Under the pieces are notes generated by a model, which ran no database searches, had not been told where the DNA came from, and saw only the letters and a program-made list of their open reading frames with translations. A stretch of 64,000 nucleotides of DNA from Polyangiales bacterium (GTDB lineage Bacteria > Myxococcota_A > Polyangia > Polyangiales > Polyangiaceae), in the NCBI GenBank assembly GCA_038231275.1, contig JBBRLQ010000015.1:128001-192000 (forward strand). Reading direction: 5' to 3'. This document shows positions 48,046 to 57,203 of this stretch, piece after piece. Made by a program: the position numbers and the translations under genes. Each line of letters begins with the position of its first letter. Within the stretch, counting starts at the first letter, position 1.

Positions 48046-48479
48046 GGGCACACCGGCGCGTGCGAGCTGCCCGTCCCGGTCGTCGTCGTGTCCCCCGACC
48101 CGGAGCTCTGCGACTTCTCCCAGTACGCCGTGGCCGCTTGCGCGCGGTCGCAGACGCCGCTCGCGACGAGCGTGTCGCACGACTGATTGCGGATGCAGAG
48201 GCTCTCGGACATCGAGAGCGCCGGCGTCTCCCTGTCGATGGTGCTCGGTCCGCCGCACCCGCCGCTCGTCCGGTCGTCATGGTAGTGGCACCGAACGGCG
48301 CGCGCGTCGAAGCCGCCGCAGCACCGCCCGAGATGCCCGAGGGCGTCCTCGCAGGCGAGAACGTCCTCGAGCAGCTCGTCGTCGTCGTTGTTCGAATCGG
48401 CGCGCGCAGGCACGCTCAGACAGACTGCGATCGCAGCCGCTGTGAGCGCGAGACGCGCAGTTCCTCGCAAGCAAAGCAT
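48042..48479 (-). CDS. Small secreted Cys-rich protein
   Basis: Signal peptide (ARA/D); multiple cysteines. Confidence 0.6.
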   Translation of the reverse strand: MLCLRGTARLALTAAAIAVCLSVPARADSNNDDDELLEDVLACEDALGHLGRCCGGFDARAVRCHYHDDRTSGGCGGPSTIDRETPALSMSESLCIRNQSCDTLVASGVCDRAQAATAYWEKSQSSGSGDTTTTGTGSSHAPVCP

Positions 48480-48706
48480 GCCGCGCCCTAGAGCAACGCG
48501 CGTGCCGTAAGAAGCCGGACGATTCAGGCGAAAGGAGGCCACAAGCGCCGCCAAAAGCGACGCAAGGGAGGCACGGTGCGCGATCCGTGCGTCATAGGGG
48601 TGCGGTTTCCTTGCGCATCAAGGATGGAAGGTCCCGCCGCTCCTGGCGTATAACCTGCCGCACGAAATGGCGGCGCGCGGTGCGCACGTTCGCGCGAGGT
48701 AAAACG

Positions 48707-50254
48707 ATGAAGACGGCAACTCTCGGTCTTGGGCTCGGTCTCCTGTCGGTGCTTGTCTCGGCGTGTGGTGGCGGCGGCGGCGCGGCCCCCGGTACCGGCA
48801 CGGCCGCGTCGGTGCAAAGCTCCGGAATGTCCCAGTCCTTCGCGGGCCAGAACAAGTGCAACCCGAAGAACGCCGAGCGCCCCTTCATCATCGAGTGGGA
48901 CGCGACCGACATGTCGAGCTTCGAGTCGAAGGCGGCGAACGACGTCATCTTCGTCAAGTACGAAGGCTGCGATCTCAAGGTCCTCGACGCCTGCGCGGAC
49001 GACTCCGTGAAGGGCGCGTTCGGCTCGTACAAGGCGGTGGACTGGACGAGCGGATCGCTCGAGTCGCTCGAGATCAACAACTCGGGCGAGCTCTACGCCA
49101 AGCTCCCGCTCGGTGCGGCGACCCTCGGAGGTCGCGTCGAGGGCGGCGAGAAATTCCGCATGGAATACTTCGTCAGCGGCACGCGCACGGCCACGCGCCC
49201 CTCCATCTTCCGTGGTGACCTGAAGAAGGTCCCGCAGTGCAAGGGCGCGACGCACTTCGTGTACGCGTACAACCTCGGCGCCTTCGCGCTCGGCGCGCAG
49301 TCCAACTTGAAGGGCACCGTTGGCGGCAGCGCGTTCGGCTTTGGCGCCGGTGGCAGCCGCTCGAGCTCGTCGAAGGCCGACAAGCAGGGCGGCGTCCTCG
49401 GCAGCTGCCGCGCCGAGTCGGCGAAGGACGTGCAGACCTGCACCGTCCCCATTCGCCTCACCCTCCGCGAGCTCACGGACGGCGAGAGCGCCGACACCAA
49501 GGACTCCCAGGCGCCCGAGACCCCCGAAGCCGCGAACCTGGCCGGTCGCCTCAAGGCGTCGAATGATCGCGAGCGCAAGGCCGGCGATCACGGCGACTCC
49601 GCGCGCACCAAGATGGCCTCGCGCGACGGCAAAGGCTGCCTCGCCGAGCTCGACGCGCACGACAAGCTCGACCCGCGCCCCGCCGGCCTCTCGACCAACG
49701 TGGCGTCGTACTACTCGATGCTCCGCAGCCAGTGCCTGATGCTCTCCGGCTCGTGCCCGGCCGGGAAAGAGCTGATGCGCAAGGCCATGGAGAAGACCTC
49801 GGCGGCGAACTTCGGCCCCGAGCAGATCGACAGGGGCGTCGACGCGCAGGCCGGGATGTACTGCCAAGGCAACCTCGGCGGCCGCGACGCCATCACCCGC
49901 GCGACGCAGAACCTGACGCAAGGCGCGTACATGTCCAAGAAGGAAGCCTCGTTCTGTCAGGAGAACATCAAGACCCTCCGTACGATGATCCCGACCACTC
50001 CGCCCAAGGACGAGGACGACAGCAACATCATCAACGCGCCGGACGCGCTGAGGAACAGCGGCACCGCCTGTCTCGTCAAGGCCGGCGACTGTGCGGCGGC
50101 GTGGGCGCTCTACCAGGATCTCAACCAGCACCCGGAGATCTACAAATTCGCGAAGCCCGAGCGGCAGGAGCTGATCAAGAAGGGCGCGAATATGCCGGTG
50201 ACGACGCTGCGCCTGTCGTTCGACGCGATGAACTCGAAGTGCAAAGGGCAGTGA
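48707..50254 (+). CDS. Hypothetical lipoprotein (N-terminal beta domain + C-terminal Cys-rich helical domain)
   Basis: Lipobox VSAC; GAGGT RBS. Confidence 0.8.
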   Translation: MKTATLGLGLGLLSVLVSACGGGGGAAPGTGTAASVQSSGMSQSFAGQNKCNPKNAERPFIIEWDATDMSSFESKAANDVIFVKYEGCDLKVLDACADDSVKGAFGSYKAVDWTSGSLESLEINNSGELYAKLPLGAATLGGRVEGGEKFRMEYFVSGTRTATRPSIFRGDLKKVPQCKGATHFVYAYNLGAFALGAQSNLKGTVGGSAFGFGAGGSRSSSSKADKQGGVLGSCRAESAKDVQTCTVPIRLTLRELTDGESADTKDSQAPETPEAANLAGRLKASNDRERKAGDHGDSARTKMASRDGKGCLAELDAHDKLDPRPAGLSTNVASYYSMLRSQCLMLSGSCPAGKELMRKAMEKTSAANFGPEQIDRGVDAQAGMYCQGNLGGRDAITRATQNLTQGAYMSKKEASFCQENIKTLRTMIPTTPPKDEDDSNIINAPDALRNSGTACLVKAGDCAAAWALYQDLNQHPEIYKFAKPERQELIKKGANMPVTTLRLSFDAMNSKCKGQ

Positions 50255-51216
50255 CGAGCGCGCGGCACGCCGCGTTTTTTCCGAGCGCGCTCGTCCTCGT
50301 GGGCGCGCTCGGCTCCTGCACGCCGGGCGCGACGCCCGATCGCGGGACGCCGCCGGTAGCCCCCAGCGCGCCAGGCTCGGTCGCCACCCAGGTGACCGCG
50401 CCCGCTCCGAGCGACACCGCGCCGCCGACGGTCGCCTCGGCGCCGACGCCGCCTCCCACCGCCGTCCCGACCGACACGCTGCCGTCAACCATCCCGTCGG
50501 CGACGCTCCAAGCGCTCGCCGATCACCAGCGCAAGCTGCAAGCGCGCATCGAGGCCGCGCGAACGAAGATGAGCACGCGCGACGGCGCGGGCTGCCTCAC
50601 GGAGCTCGACGCCTACGACAAGATCGAGCCGCGCATGACCGAGCCGACGACGAGCAAGGTCTCGCCGTACGCGATGTTCCGGGCGCAGTGCCTCATGCTC
50701 GCGGGGCAGTGCGCGGCCGGCAAGACGCTGTACCGCGACGCGCTGGAGCACAGCGCGGGCGCGGCGATGGGCCCCGACGCGCGCGAGCACTCGGTCGACG
50801 CGATCGTGGGCCTCTACTGCCAGGGCTCGAACCTCACCGATCGCGACAAGGTCATACGCGGCACGATGGCGCTGACGGACGGCGCCTACATCAACAAGCG
50901 CACGCCTGCGTTCTGCCGCGAGAACATCAAGACCCTCGAGGAGACCATCCCGAAGGTCCCGCCGCACGGCCCCGACGACAGCCAGATCATCAACGCGCCC
51001 GACGCGCTGCGCAACGCGGGCACCGCGTGCCTCGCGAAGGCGGACGACTGCCCCGGCGCCTGGACGTTCTACCAAGACAACGTGAAGCGCGTGGACCTCT
51101 ACAAGTTCGCGGCGCCCGATCGCCAAGAGCTGATCAAGAAGAGCGCGACGATGTCCCCGAGCATCACGCGCCAGTCGTTCGAGGCGATCAACCGCAAGTG
51201 CGCGCCGAACCCGTAG
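50251..51216 (+). CDS. Hypothetical lipoprotein, paralogue of the C-terminal domain of the upstream gene
   Basis: GTGA overlap; lipobox LGSC; Pro/Thr linker; shares RDG.GCL.ELDA.DK, QCLML.G.C.AGK and IINAPDALRN.GTACL. Confidence 0.8.
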   Translation: MTSARHAAFFPSALVLVGALGSCTPGATPDRGTPPVAPSAPGSVATQVTAPAPSDTAPPTVASAPTPPPTAVPTDTLPSTIPSATLQALADHQRKLQARIEAARTKMSTRDGAGCLTELDAYDKIEPRMTEPTTSKVSPYAMFRAQCLMLAGQCAAGKTLYRDALEHSAGAAMGPDAREHSVDAIVGLYCQGSNLTDRDKVIRGTMALTDGAYINKRTPAFCRENIKTLEETIPKVPPHGPDDSQIINAPDALRNAGTACLAKADDCPGAWTFYQDNVKRVDLYKFAAPDRQELIKKSATMSPSITRQSFEAINRKCAPNP

Positions 51217-51227
51217 GGTAAGCCCGC

Positions 51228-53567
51228 TCAGCGTCGGATCGGGATCCTCACGAAGCCGTCCGCGTGCCACTCGACGTGGAGCGGCGTCTTGGCGTCGGCG
51301 CTCGATTCGTCGCTCACGTCCTTGCCGGTGCCGTGGTTCACCTGCGCGAAGGCGTTCTTGTTCACGTTCAGGACGACGACGAGGCGGCTCCCGGCCTCGA
51401 TCCGGCGGCTGACCATGCGGGTGCGCTCGAAGGGGATCATCTCGATCGCGCCCGGGACCAGAAGACGACGGACGCTCATATCGCGCGCGTAGCTGGCGCG
51501 ACCGAGGTAGTAGGTCAGCGCGAAGTAAGCTCCGTCGGCCGTCTTCTCGTAGAGCTGAACGCCGACGTCCATGTCCTTCTTGTCGACACGGACGTGCAAT
51601 TCGCCGGTGAAAATACCGTCGATCGACGCGGGATGGGCAAACGGCTCGCCTTCGAGCACTACGCCATTTCCCGCGTCGAGCTCGCGAGAGACGATGGGAT
51701 CGGGGTAGTAGGAGTTGTTGCTCGTCGTGCGATCGGAGAAATCGATTTGCTGGGCGACGAAGCGCGCGCCGTCCGGCTTGGTCGTCACGAGGCGCGCGCC
51801 GTCGGTGTAGAGCGTCATCACCTCGTCGTGCATCTTCTCGATGCTCGGCGCGTGGCGCCACTCGTTGGCCCCCATGACCTCCCAGTTGACCTTGTCCTTC
51901 ACGATCTCTGGGAGCGGGCCGCCGCGCAAGACGTGATCGAGCCATTGGAAGGTGATGGCCGTGGTGTCGATGCGGGCGACCGGATCGATCGCGTAGCCGC
52001 GTAGGACGTCGGCGGGACGCCGCTGCGCGCCGAAGTGATCGTACGGCCCGATGAGCAGGTGGTGGCGCGCGTTCTTGGCGTAGCGCGTGTGCTCGGTGAA
52101 GTAGCGCAGCGCGGAGATCTGACCGTCGTCGTAGTACCCGGTGATGGAGAGGACGGGGATGTCGATGCGCGCGTACTCCTCGCGAACCGGAACCATCGCC
52201 TGCCAGTACGCGTCGTAGGACGGGTGCGCGATCCAGCGCTGCAGCAGGCGGTTCGGCACGCCGTCGACGCGATCGATCTCGCGGAATGGGCGACCGCTCG
52301 CGAACCACTTTCCGGGGAGCGCGTTCCAGCGTGGCGCATCGAAGTAGACGCGATCGTCGTCCTCCTTGCCGCTGCCGACGTAGAACGCCCAACCGTAGTT
52401 GACGTTCAAGAAGACGTTATTTTCCATGGGCAACCCCTGCCCCGGGATCGCCGCCACGTAGGGAACGATGGTCTTCAGCGCGGGGTGGAGGTGCTTCGTC
52501 GCCGCCCATTGCGTGAAGCCTGCGTAGCTGCCGCCGTACATGGCGACGCGGCCGTCGCACCATCCCTGCTTGGCGAGCCAGTCGATCGTGTCGTGCGTGT
52601 CGTTCGCCTCGCGTTCGTAGGGAACGACCTCGCCGCTGCTCTTCCGCTTTCCCCGCGTGTAGGCCGCGACGCCGACGTAGCCGCGAGCCGCCGAGGCGAG
52701 CGCTGTCCTGTCGCCGCTCGTCGTGTAGATGCTGTAGACGAGGATCGCCGGCTGCGGTGTGGTCACGCGCCGCGGGCGGACAACGGTCGCAGAGATCTTG
52801 GCGCCGTCGCGCATGGGCACCAGGACCTCCTCGATCTCGTAGCGGCCGGCGGCGTCTTCTTCGAGGAGCGTCCTCCCGAGCGGGAGGAGATCGCGACGAA
52901 CGACGTACTCGGCGTAGCGGACGACGAGGTCCCCGGCCGCGCGGTCCGAAGGGGCGGATCGCGCGGCCGCGATGGCGCCTCGAACGTCGGCGACGGCGCC
53001 GTCGAGATCGGTGTCGGTGCGCCACCTCGCGTGCTCGGCGGCGAGATCGTCGAGGCGCGAGAAGGTCTCACGGAAGGCGCTCTTCAACGCCTCGGCGAAC
53101 GGCAAGAGCCCTCCTGCGTTGCCCGCGAGGCGCGCTCGTGAGTGCACCTCGAGATGCGTGTATAATACACGTGCGCGAGCCGCATCGTACGGGCGCGCGA
53201 CGTTGCGCAGCCGGGCGAGCGCGGCGTTGGCGGCGGCGGGCTCCGCGGCGGCCACGAGCCAGAGCGCGCGGCGGCGGAGCGCCTCCTCGTCGTCGACGTC
53301 GGGCGCACGGGCGACGAGCACGCGTGCGAGGCTGGCCATCGCGGAGGCTACCTCGGGCGAGTCGAGTCCCGCGGCGCTGACGCCCGCGTCGGATGTCGCG
53401 TCGAGGAGCACGGTGATGGAGTGGGTGAGCGATGCGACCGTCGCTGCCGGCGAGCCCGCGTCGACTGCGAACCCGATCGAGCGCTCCGGCGGCGCGGGGA
53501 GACTGGCAGGCCCTCCGCAGGCGGCGACCCATCCGAACGGCGCGAGCCACCAGCTCGAGGGGCGCAT
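51228..53567 (-). CDS. CocE/NonD family hydrolase (lipoprotein)
   Basis: VPMRDGAKI, WCDGRVAMYGGSYAGFTQW, TGYYD and IGPYDH. Confidence 0.9.
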   Translation of the reverse strand: MRPSSWWLAPFGWVAACGGPASLPAPPERSIGFAVDAGSPAATVASLTHSITVLLDATSDAGVSAAGLDSPEVASAMASLARVLVARAPDVDDEEALRRRALWLVAAAEPAAANAALARLRNVARPYDAARARVLYTHLEVHSRARLAGNAGGLLPFAEALKSAFRETFSRLDDLAAEHARWRTDTDLDGAVADVRGAIAAARSAPSDRAAGDLVVRYAEYVVRRDLLPLGRTLLEEDAAGRYEIEEVLVPMRDGAKISATVVRPRRVTTPQPAILVYSIYTTSGDRTALASAARGYVGVAAYTRGKRKSSGEVVPYEREANDTHDTIDWLAKQGWCDGRVAMYGGSYAGFTQWAATKHLHPALKTIVPYVAAIPGQGLPMENNVFLNVNYGWAFYVGSGKEDDDRVYFDAPRWNALPGKWFASGRPFREIDRVDGVPNRLLQRWIAHPSYDAYWQAMVPVREEYARIDIPVLSITGYYDDGQISALRYFTEHTRYAKNARHHLLIGPYDHFGAQRRPADVLRGYAIDPVARIDTTAITFQWLDHVLRGGPLPEIVKDKVNWEVMGANEWRHAPSIEKMHDEVMTLYTDGARLVTTKPDGARFVAQQIDFSDRTTSNNSYYPDPIVSRELDAGNGVVLEGEPFAHPASIDGIFTGELHVRVDKKDMDVGVQLYEKTADGAYFALTYYLGRASYARDMSVRRLLVPGAIEMIPFERTRMVSRRIEAGSRLVVVLNVNKNAFAQVNHGTGKDVSDESSADAKTPLHVEWHADGFVRIPIRR

Positions 53568-53764
53568 GTCGCGACGCTAGAGCAGAAGTCCTTGTACCGT
53601 CGAGCGAAAGGCGCCTGAGCAGAACAAGCCAACGACGCCCCTTACATCTGCGTGACGATCGGTGGGGCCTGTCTTTCGTTGTAGCGAACCGGTCACGCGC
53701 GCACGTTCGCGCGTTGCTCCATTCGCGTGGGCGAGGTCGCTCACGAAAAAGAAGGAGCTCGACC

Positions 53765-54013
53765 ATGAAACGCATTCTCGTCTCGTCGCTCGCCTCGATC
53801 CTCGCCTCGGTCCTGGCGCTCTGCCTCGCGGGCTGCCCCGACGAGACGAAGCCCGAAGCCGCCGCCGACGCCGCCCCCGCGACTCCGGCTCCGACTCCGG
53901 CTCCGACTCCGACGCCGATTCCGACTCCGACCCCGACTCCGAGCGCGGTAGCAGACGCCGCGACAGGCGCTCCGGCGGCCGATGCCGGCACGAAGCCCGC
54001 GGCGAAGAAGTAG
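53765..54013 (+). CDS. Small Pro/Thr-rich lipoprotein
   Basis: AAGGAG RBS, lipobox LAGC and (PT)n tract. Confidence 0.7.
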   Translation: MKRILVSSLASILASVLALCLAGCPDETKPEAAADAAPATPAPTPAPTPTPIPTPTPTPSAVADAATGAPAADAGTKPAAKK

Positions 54014-54023
54014 GCCGCGCCAC

Positions 54024-54072
54024 AAAAGAAAAACGGCGCGCACCGCGGATGAAACCGCAGCGCGCGCCGTCG
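54024..54072. terminator. Stem-loop between convergent genes
   Basis: ACGGCGCGC...GCGCGCCGT inverted repeat preceded by an A-tract (a T-tract on the minus strand). Confidence 0.6.
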
Positions 54073-54086
54073 TTCCGGTTCGCCGA

Positions 54087-55973
54087 CTAGCGGCGGTTGC
54101 GGCGGCGGCGGAGCGCCGACACGAGCGCGAGGGCGCCGAAGCCGAGGAGCGCCGGCGAGTTCTCTGAGCGGGTGGAGGCGGTGCTGCAGCTGCAGCCACC
54201 GCTGTCACCCGAGCCACCGGTGCCGGCGTCGCCGGCGTCACCCGCGGCGCCGGACGTGCCCGACGTGCCCGAGGTACCGGACGTACCCGACGTGCCCGAC
54301 GTGCCCGACGTGCCCGACGTGCCCGACGTGCCCGACGAGCCTGACGTGCCCGAAGAACCCGACGTGCCCGAAGAACCCGACGAGCCAGAAGAACCCGACG
54401 AGCCAGAAGAGCCCGAAGAGCCCGCGTCCGTCGCGACGCACTTGTTCGCGACGCACGTCGCGGTCCCGCTGCAGGTGCCGCAGGCGACGGTCCCGCCGCA
54501 GCCGTTCGTCACGGTGCCGCATTCGTTACCTGCCGGGCAGGTCGTCGCCGGCGTGCAGCCGCACACGTTCGTCGTGCCGCCGCCGCCGCATGTCTGCGGA
54601 GCCGTGCAGGTGCCGCAGTTGATCGTCCCGCCGCAGCCGTCCGGCGCGGTGCCGCAGTTCTGGCCCGCGGGGCACTGGGTGAGCGGCACGCAGGCGCACG
54701 TGTCGTCCGTGGCCACGACCGCGCTCTTGGTGCAGACCGACGGCGCCGTGCACTGGGCCGTCGTGGTGCACTGGACGCAGAAGTTGTGCTTGATGTTCGC
54801 CGCGTCGGTCTCGCAATACGGGACCGCGGCGCCGCAGTTGGTCTTGTTGTCGGAGCAGTTGCAGACGCGGCAACCGGCCGGCGTGTTCGCGGCCGTGCAG
54901 GGCGGAACCGGCGTGCCGGTCGCGATGCAGTTGTTGTTCTTGTTGCTCCACTGCGTCTGGACGGTCCACGTTCGGCCGTTCACGCTGATGGTCCCCAAGG
55001 AACCGGAGAAGTTGGCGCAGATGTCGCCGATTTCGCCGTTGGTCGTGTCGTACCAGGCGAGGGGCGGACCGACGACGGTGGCGAGGCCGACCTGCGAGTC
55101 GGTCACCGTCTCGATGATCTCGTGCGAGTGGACCTCGGTCGTGTTGCCGAGGTAGCTGCCCGCGGCGCCGCACGCACCGGCGCAGCCAGTGAGGTTCAGG
55201 TTCGGATGGACGCCGTAGAGAAGGTGCACCGCCGTACCGCCGACGGTGATCGTCGCGGTCGTCGTGCCGTGGTACGCGCAGAACGACGAGCAAGACCCGG
55301 CGCCACCGGGCGCCGTGACCTTGGTGATCGTAATCGGAAAGTCGATCATGTACATCGTGTCGGTGAAGCCGTCGCAGCCGAGCGTCGGCTTGGGCAGCGT
55401 GCCCGCGTTGACCTGCGCAATGAGCTCCGACTGGATGAGCGCGTCGCTGACGGTCGTGGTGGGGTTGCTCGGCGTGATCACCACCGTTCCGCCGTACGTC
55501 AGGCCGCGCGAAATGCCCTGGTTGGTCGTGGGGGCCGGCCGGCCGACCGTGTTGTACTCGGACAGCCAGTCCATGTAGTTGCTGTTCACGATGTCGCCGT
55601 AGAAGAGCGGCAGGTTCGCGGTCAGCGTCGCGTCGAGCGCGCCCCACGAGACGCCGACGATCTTGGCGTTCTGCACGACGGGGCCGCCGTGGTACGTGAG
55701 GTTTCCGCTCCCCGCCGCGGGGATGGGAGCCCCGGCGGCGGCTGCGGCGGCGCGCGCGGCCTCGTGGACGGGGCGCGTCGGCATCACGCCGAGCGGAATC
55801 CCGTTGCCCCACGTCGGGCGAACAACTTCGGCCGTGAGCTCCGCGGCGGCGGCGGCGACGACGGGTGCCTCCGACGACGAAGGGGCCGGTGTCGGACCCT
55901 CCGAGCTACACGCTAGAAGGGCCGCGGTGGCGGCGGTTGCGAATCCAAGGGCGCGCATCAAGGGCAATTTCAT
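54087..55973 (-). CDS. MYXO-CTERM surface protein with Phi-1/EXORDIUM-like domain and Cys-rich repeats
   Basis: Lipobox LLAC, LTYHGGPV, FCAYH, SHEIIETVTD, WYD..GEIGDIC, DGCGG repeats, and GGCSC + TM + RRRR tail. Confidence 0.82.
   Translation of the reverse strand: MKLPLMRALGFATAATAALLACSSEGPTPAPSSSEAPVVAAAAAELTAEVVRPTWGNGIPLGVMPTRPVHEAARAAAAAAGAPIPAAGSGNLTYHGGPVVQNAKIVGVSWGALDATLTANLPLFYGDIVNSNYMDWLSEYNTVGRPAPTTNQGISRGLTYGGTVVITPSNPTTTVSDALIQSELIAQVNAGTLPKPTLGCDGFTDTMYMIDFPITITKVTAPGGAGSCSSFCAYHGTTTATITVGGTAVHLLYGVHPNLNLTGCAGACGAAGSYLGNTTEVHSHEIIETVTDSQVGLATVVGPPLAWYDTTNGEIGDICANFSGSLGTISVNGRTWTVQTQWSNKNNNCIATGTPVPPCTAANTPAGCRVCNCSDNKTNCGAAVPYCETDAANIKHNFCVQCTTTAQCTAPSVCTKSAVVATDDTCACVPLTQCPAGQNCGTAPDGCGGTINCGTCTAPQTCGGGGTTNVCGCTPATTCPAGNECGTVTNGCGGTVACGTCSGTATCVANKCVATDAGSSGSSGSSGSSGSSGSSGTSGSSGTSGSSGTSGTSGTSGTSGTSGTSGTSGTSGTSGAAGDAGDAGTGGSGDSGGCSCSTASTRSENSPALLGFGALALVSALRRRRNRR
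54253..54423 (-). repeat. 9-bp coding tandem repeat (G[T/S]S)n
   Basis: GACGTGCCC and variants repeated; encodes an SGTSGTSG.../SGSSGS linker. Confidence 0.85.
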
Positions 55974-56168
55974 CCGTCCTCCTCGCCCAACTGAGCCGGG
56001 CGGCTGGCGCACTGAAGCGCGTGGACAAGCGTCTGTCCAGGACTACCGGGCGAATTTGTCCTACTTTTCGTCGGTCCGGGTCTTGCGAGACCCACTCCCC
56101 GCGTCTCGATGGGGCCTCCACTGCAGGGACCGGACCGTTCCGCTCCGCTGCGCCTCGCTTCGCTCCAC

Positions 56169-56576
56169 TCACCCTTCGACGAATTTCTTGAGCCGGGCGA
56201 GCGCTGCGTCCCACTGCGCGGAGATGAGGTCGAGGGCCTGTTGCGCCTCCTCGATGCGGCGCGGCTCGAGCTCCCAGACGCTCTCGCGCCCGTGCCTCGC
56301 CGCCCGTACGAGGCCGGCCCCCTCCATCACCCTCAAATGCTTGCTGATCGCCTGACGCGTGACGAGGGTGCCGGTGGTCAGCTTCGCGATCGACAGCGGC
56401 CCGTCCTCGCAAAGGCGCGAGACCAGGCGGAGGCGCGTCTCGTCCCCCAGCGCCGCGAAGACCTGCGCCGACTCGCCGGGCCCCAGCCGACCGGCCTCCG
56501 CCCTAGAGCGACCGTCCCTCGAATGGAACGGTCGCTCTATCCTTCTCGTGGGTCGCTCCAGTCGTTTGCCCGCCAC
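56169..56576 (-). CDS. ArsR/SmtB family transcriptional regulator
   Basis: FAALGDETRLRLV, TRQAISKHLRVME.AGLV and GRE; start uncertain. Confidence 0.85.
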   Translation of the reverse strand: MAGKRLERPTRRIERPFHSRDGRSRAEAGRLGPGESAQVFAALGDETRLRLVSRLCEDGPLSIAKLTTGTLVTRQAISKHLRVMEGAGLVRAARHGRESVWELEPRRIEEAQQALDLISAQWDAALARLKKFVEG

Positions 56577-56578
56577 GG

Positions 56579-57088
56579 TCAAACGACTTCTGCTCTGGGC
56601 GTCTGGGCCATGTATTTCTCGACGAGGGTGACGACCATCTTCCAGCCCCCTTCGTTGGCCGCGAACGCCTTTGCGCGCCGGGCGAGAGGGATGCGGTCGA
56701 AGCCCGTCTCGGTGACGTTCAGGAGGACGCCGTCCTTGGTCTCCGACAGCGTGAACTCGATCCGCGTGGTGGGCTCGTCCGAGTAGTCGACGCCCGGCTC
56801 GATCGCGAACGGGTGCCAGCGGAACGAGAAGAGGCGCTCGGGCTCGATGCGGTCGATCGTGATCTCGAACGGGAAGCCGTCGAACTTGGACTGGAGCTTC
56901 GCGACCTCCGGATCGACGGTCGTGGGCGTCATCTTCCCCTTCATCACCTTGCCGGCGGCGAAGGGGCCGTCGAACCTCATCCCGAACCACTCCCCGAACT
57001 GTGCGCTCTCGCTGATGGCACGCCACACGCGGGCAAGCGGCGCGCGGAGCAGGATCGTCTTCTCGATGCGGTCGGTCTCGGTGCTCAT
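56579..57088 (-). CDS. SRPBCC (Aha1-like) family protein
   Basis: IEKTILLRAPLARVWRA, FSFRWHP, ETGFD and NEGGW. Confidence 0.9.
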   Translation of the reverse strand: MSTETDRIEKTILLRAPLARVWRAISESAQFGEWFGMRFDGPFAAGKVMKGKMTPTTVDPEVAKLQSKFDGFPFEITIDRIEPERLFSFRWHPFAIEPGVDYSDEPTTRIEFTLSETKDGVLLNVTETGFDRIPLARRAKAFAANEGGWKMVVTLVEKYMAQTPRAEVV

Positions 57089-57090
57089 TG

Positions 57091-57147
57091 GCAACCTCCA
57101 GGTTGCATATTTAGCCCGTCGCCGACGAAATGCAACCAAAAGGTTGC
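57091..57147. promoter_or_regulatory. Two palindromic operators GCAACC-N4-GGTTGC (likely ArsR sites)
   Basis: Copies at 57091-57106 and 57132-57147, just upstream of the SRPBCC-ArsR operon. The first overlaps the RBS. Confidence 0.7.
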
Positions 57148-57203
57148 ACCTCGAGGTCGGCCCGGGCGATCCTCGGCCTGGTGTACGCTTCCCCGTGCGC
57201 GCC

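Noticed and set aside
48618..48642. TCAAG-N14-CCGCTC upstream of the lipoprotein pair
   Set aside because: The spacer is one base short and the -10 is mismatched, so it is too weak to include in the regulon.
54253..54423. Tandem repeats as a CRISPR array
   Set aside because: These are 9-bp in-frame coding repeats with no spacers and no cas genes.
56075..56170. CGCTCCGCTGCGCCTCGCTTCGCTCC low-complexity intergenic stretch, possibly REP-like
   Set aside because: Only one copy is in the window and it has no clear terminal repeats, so it cannot be supported.
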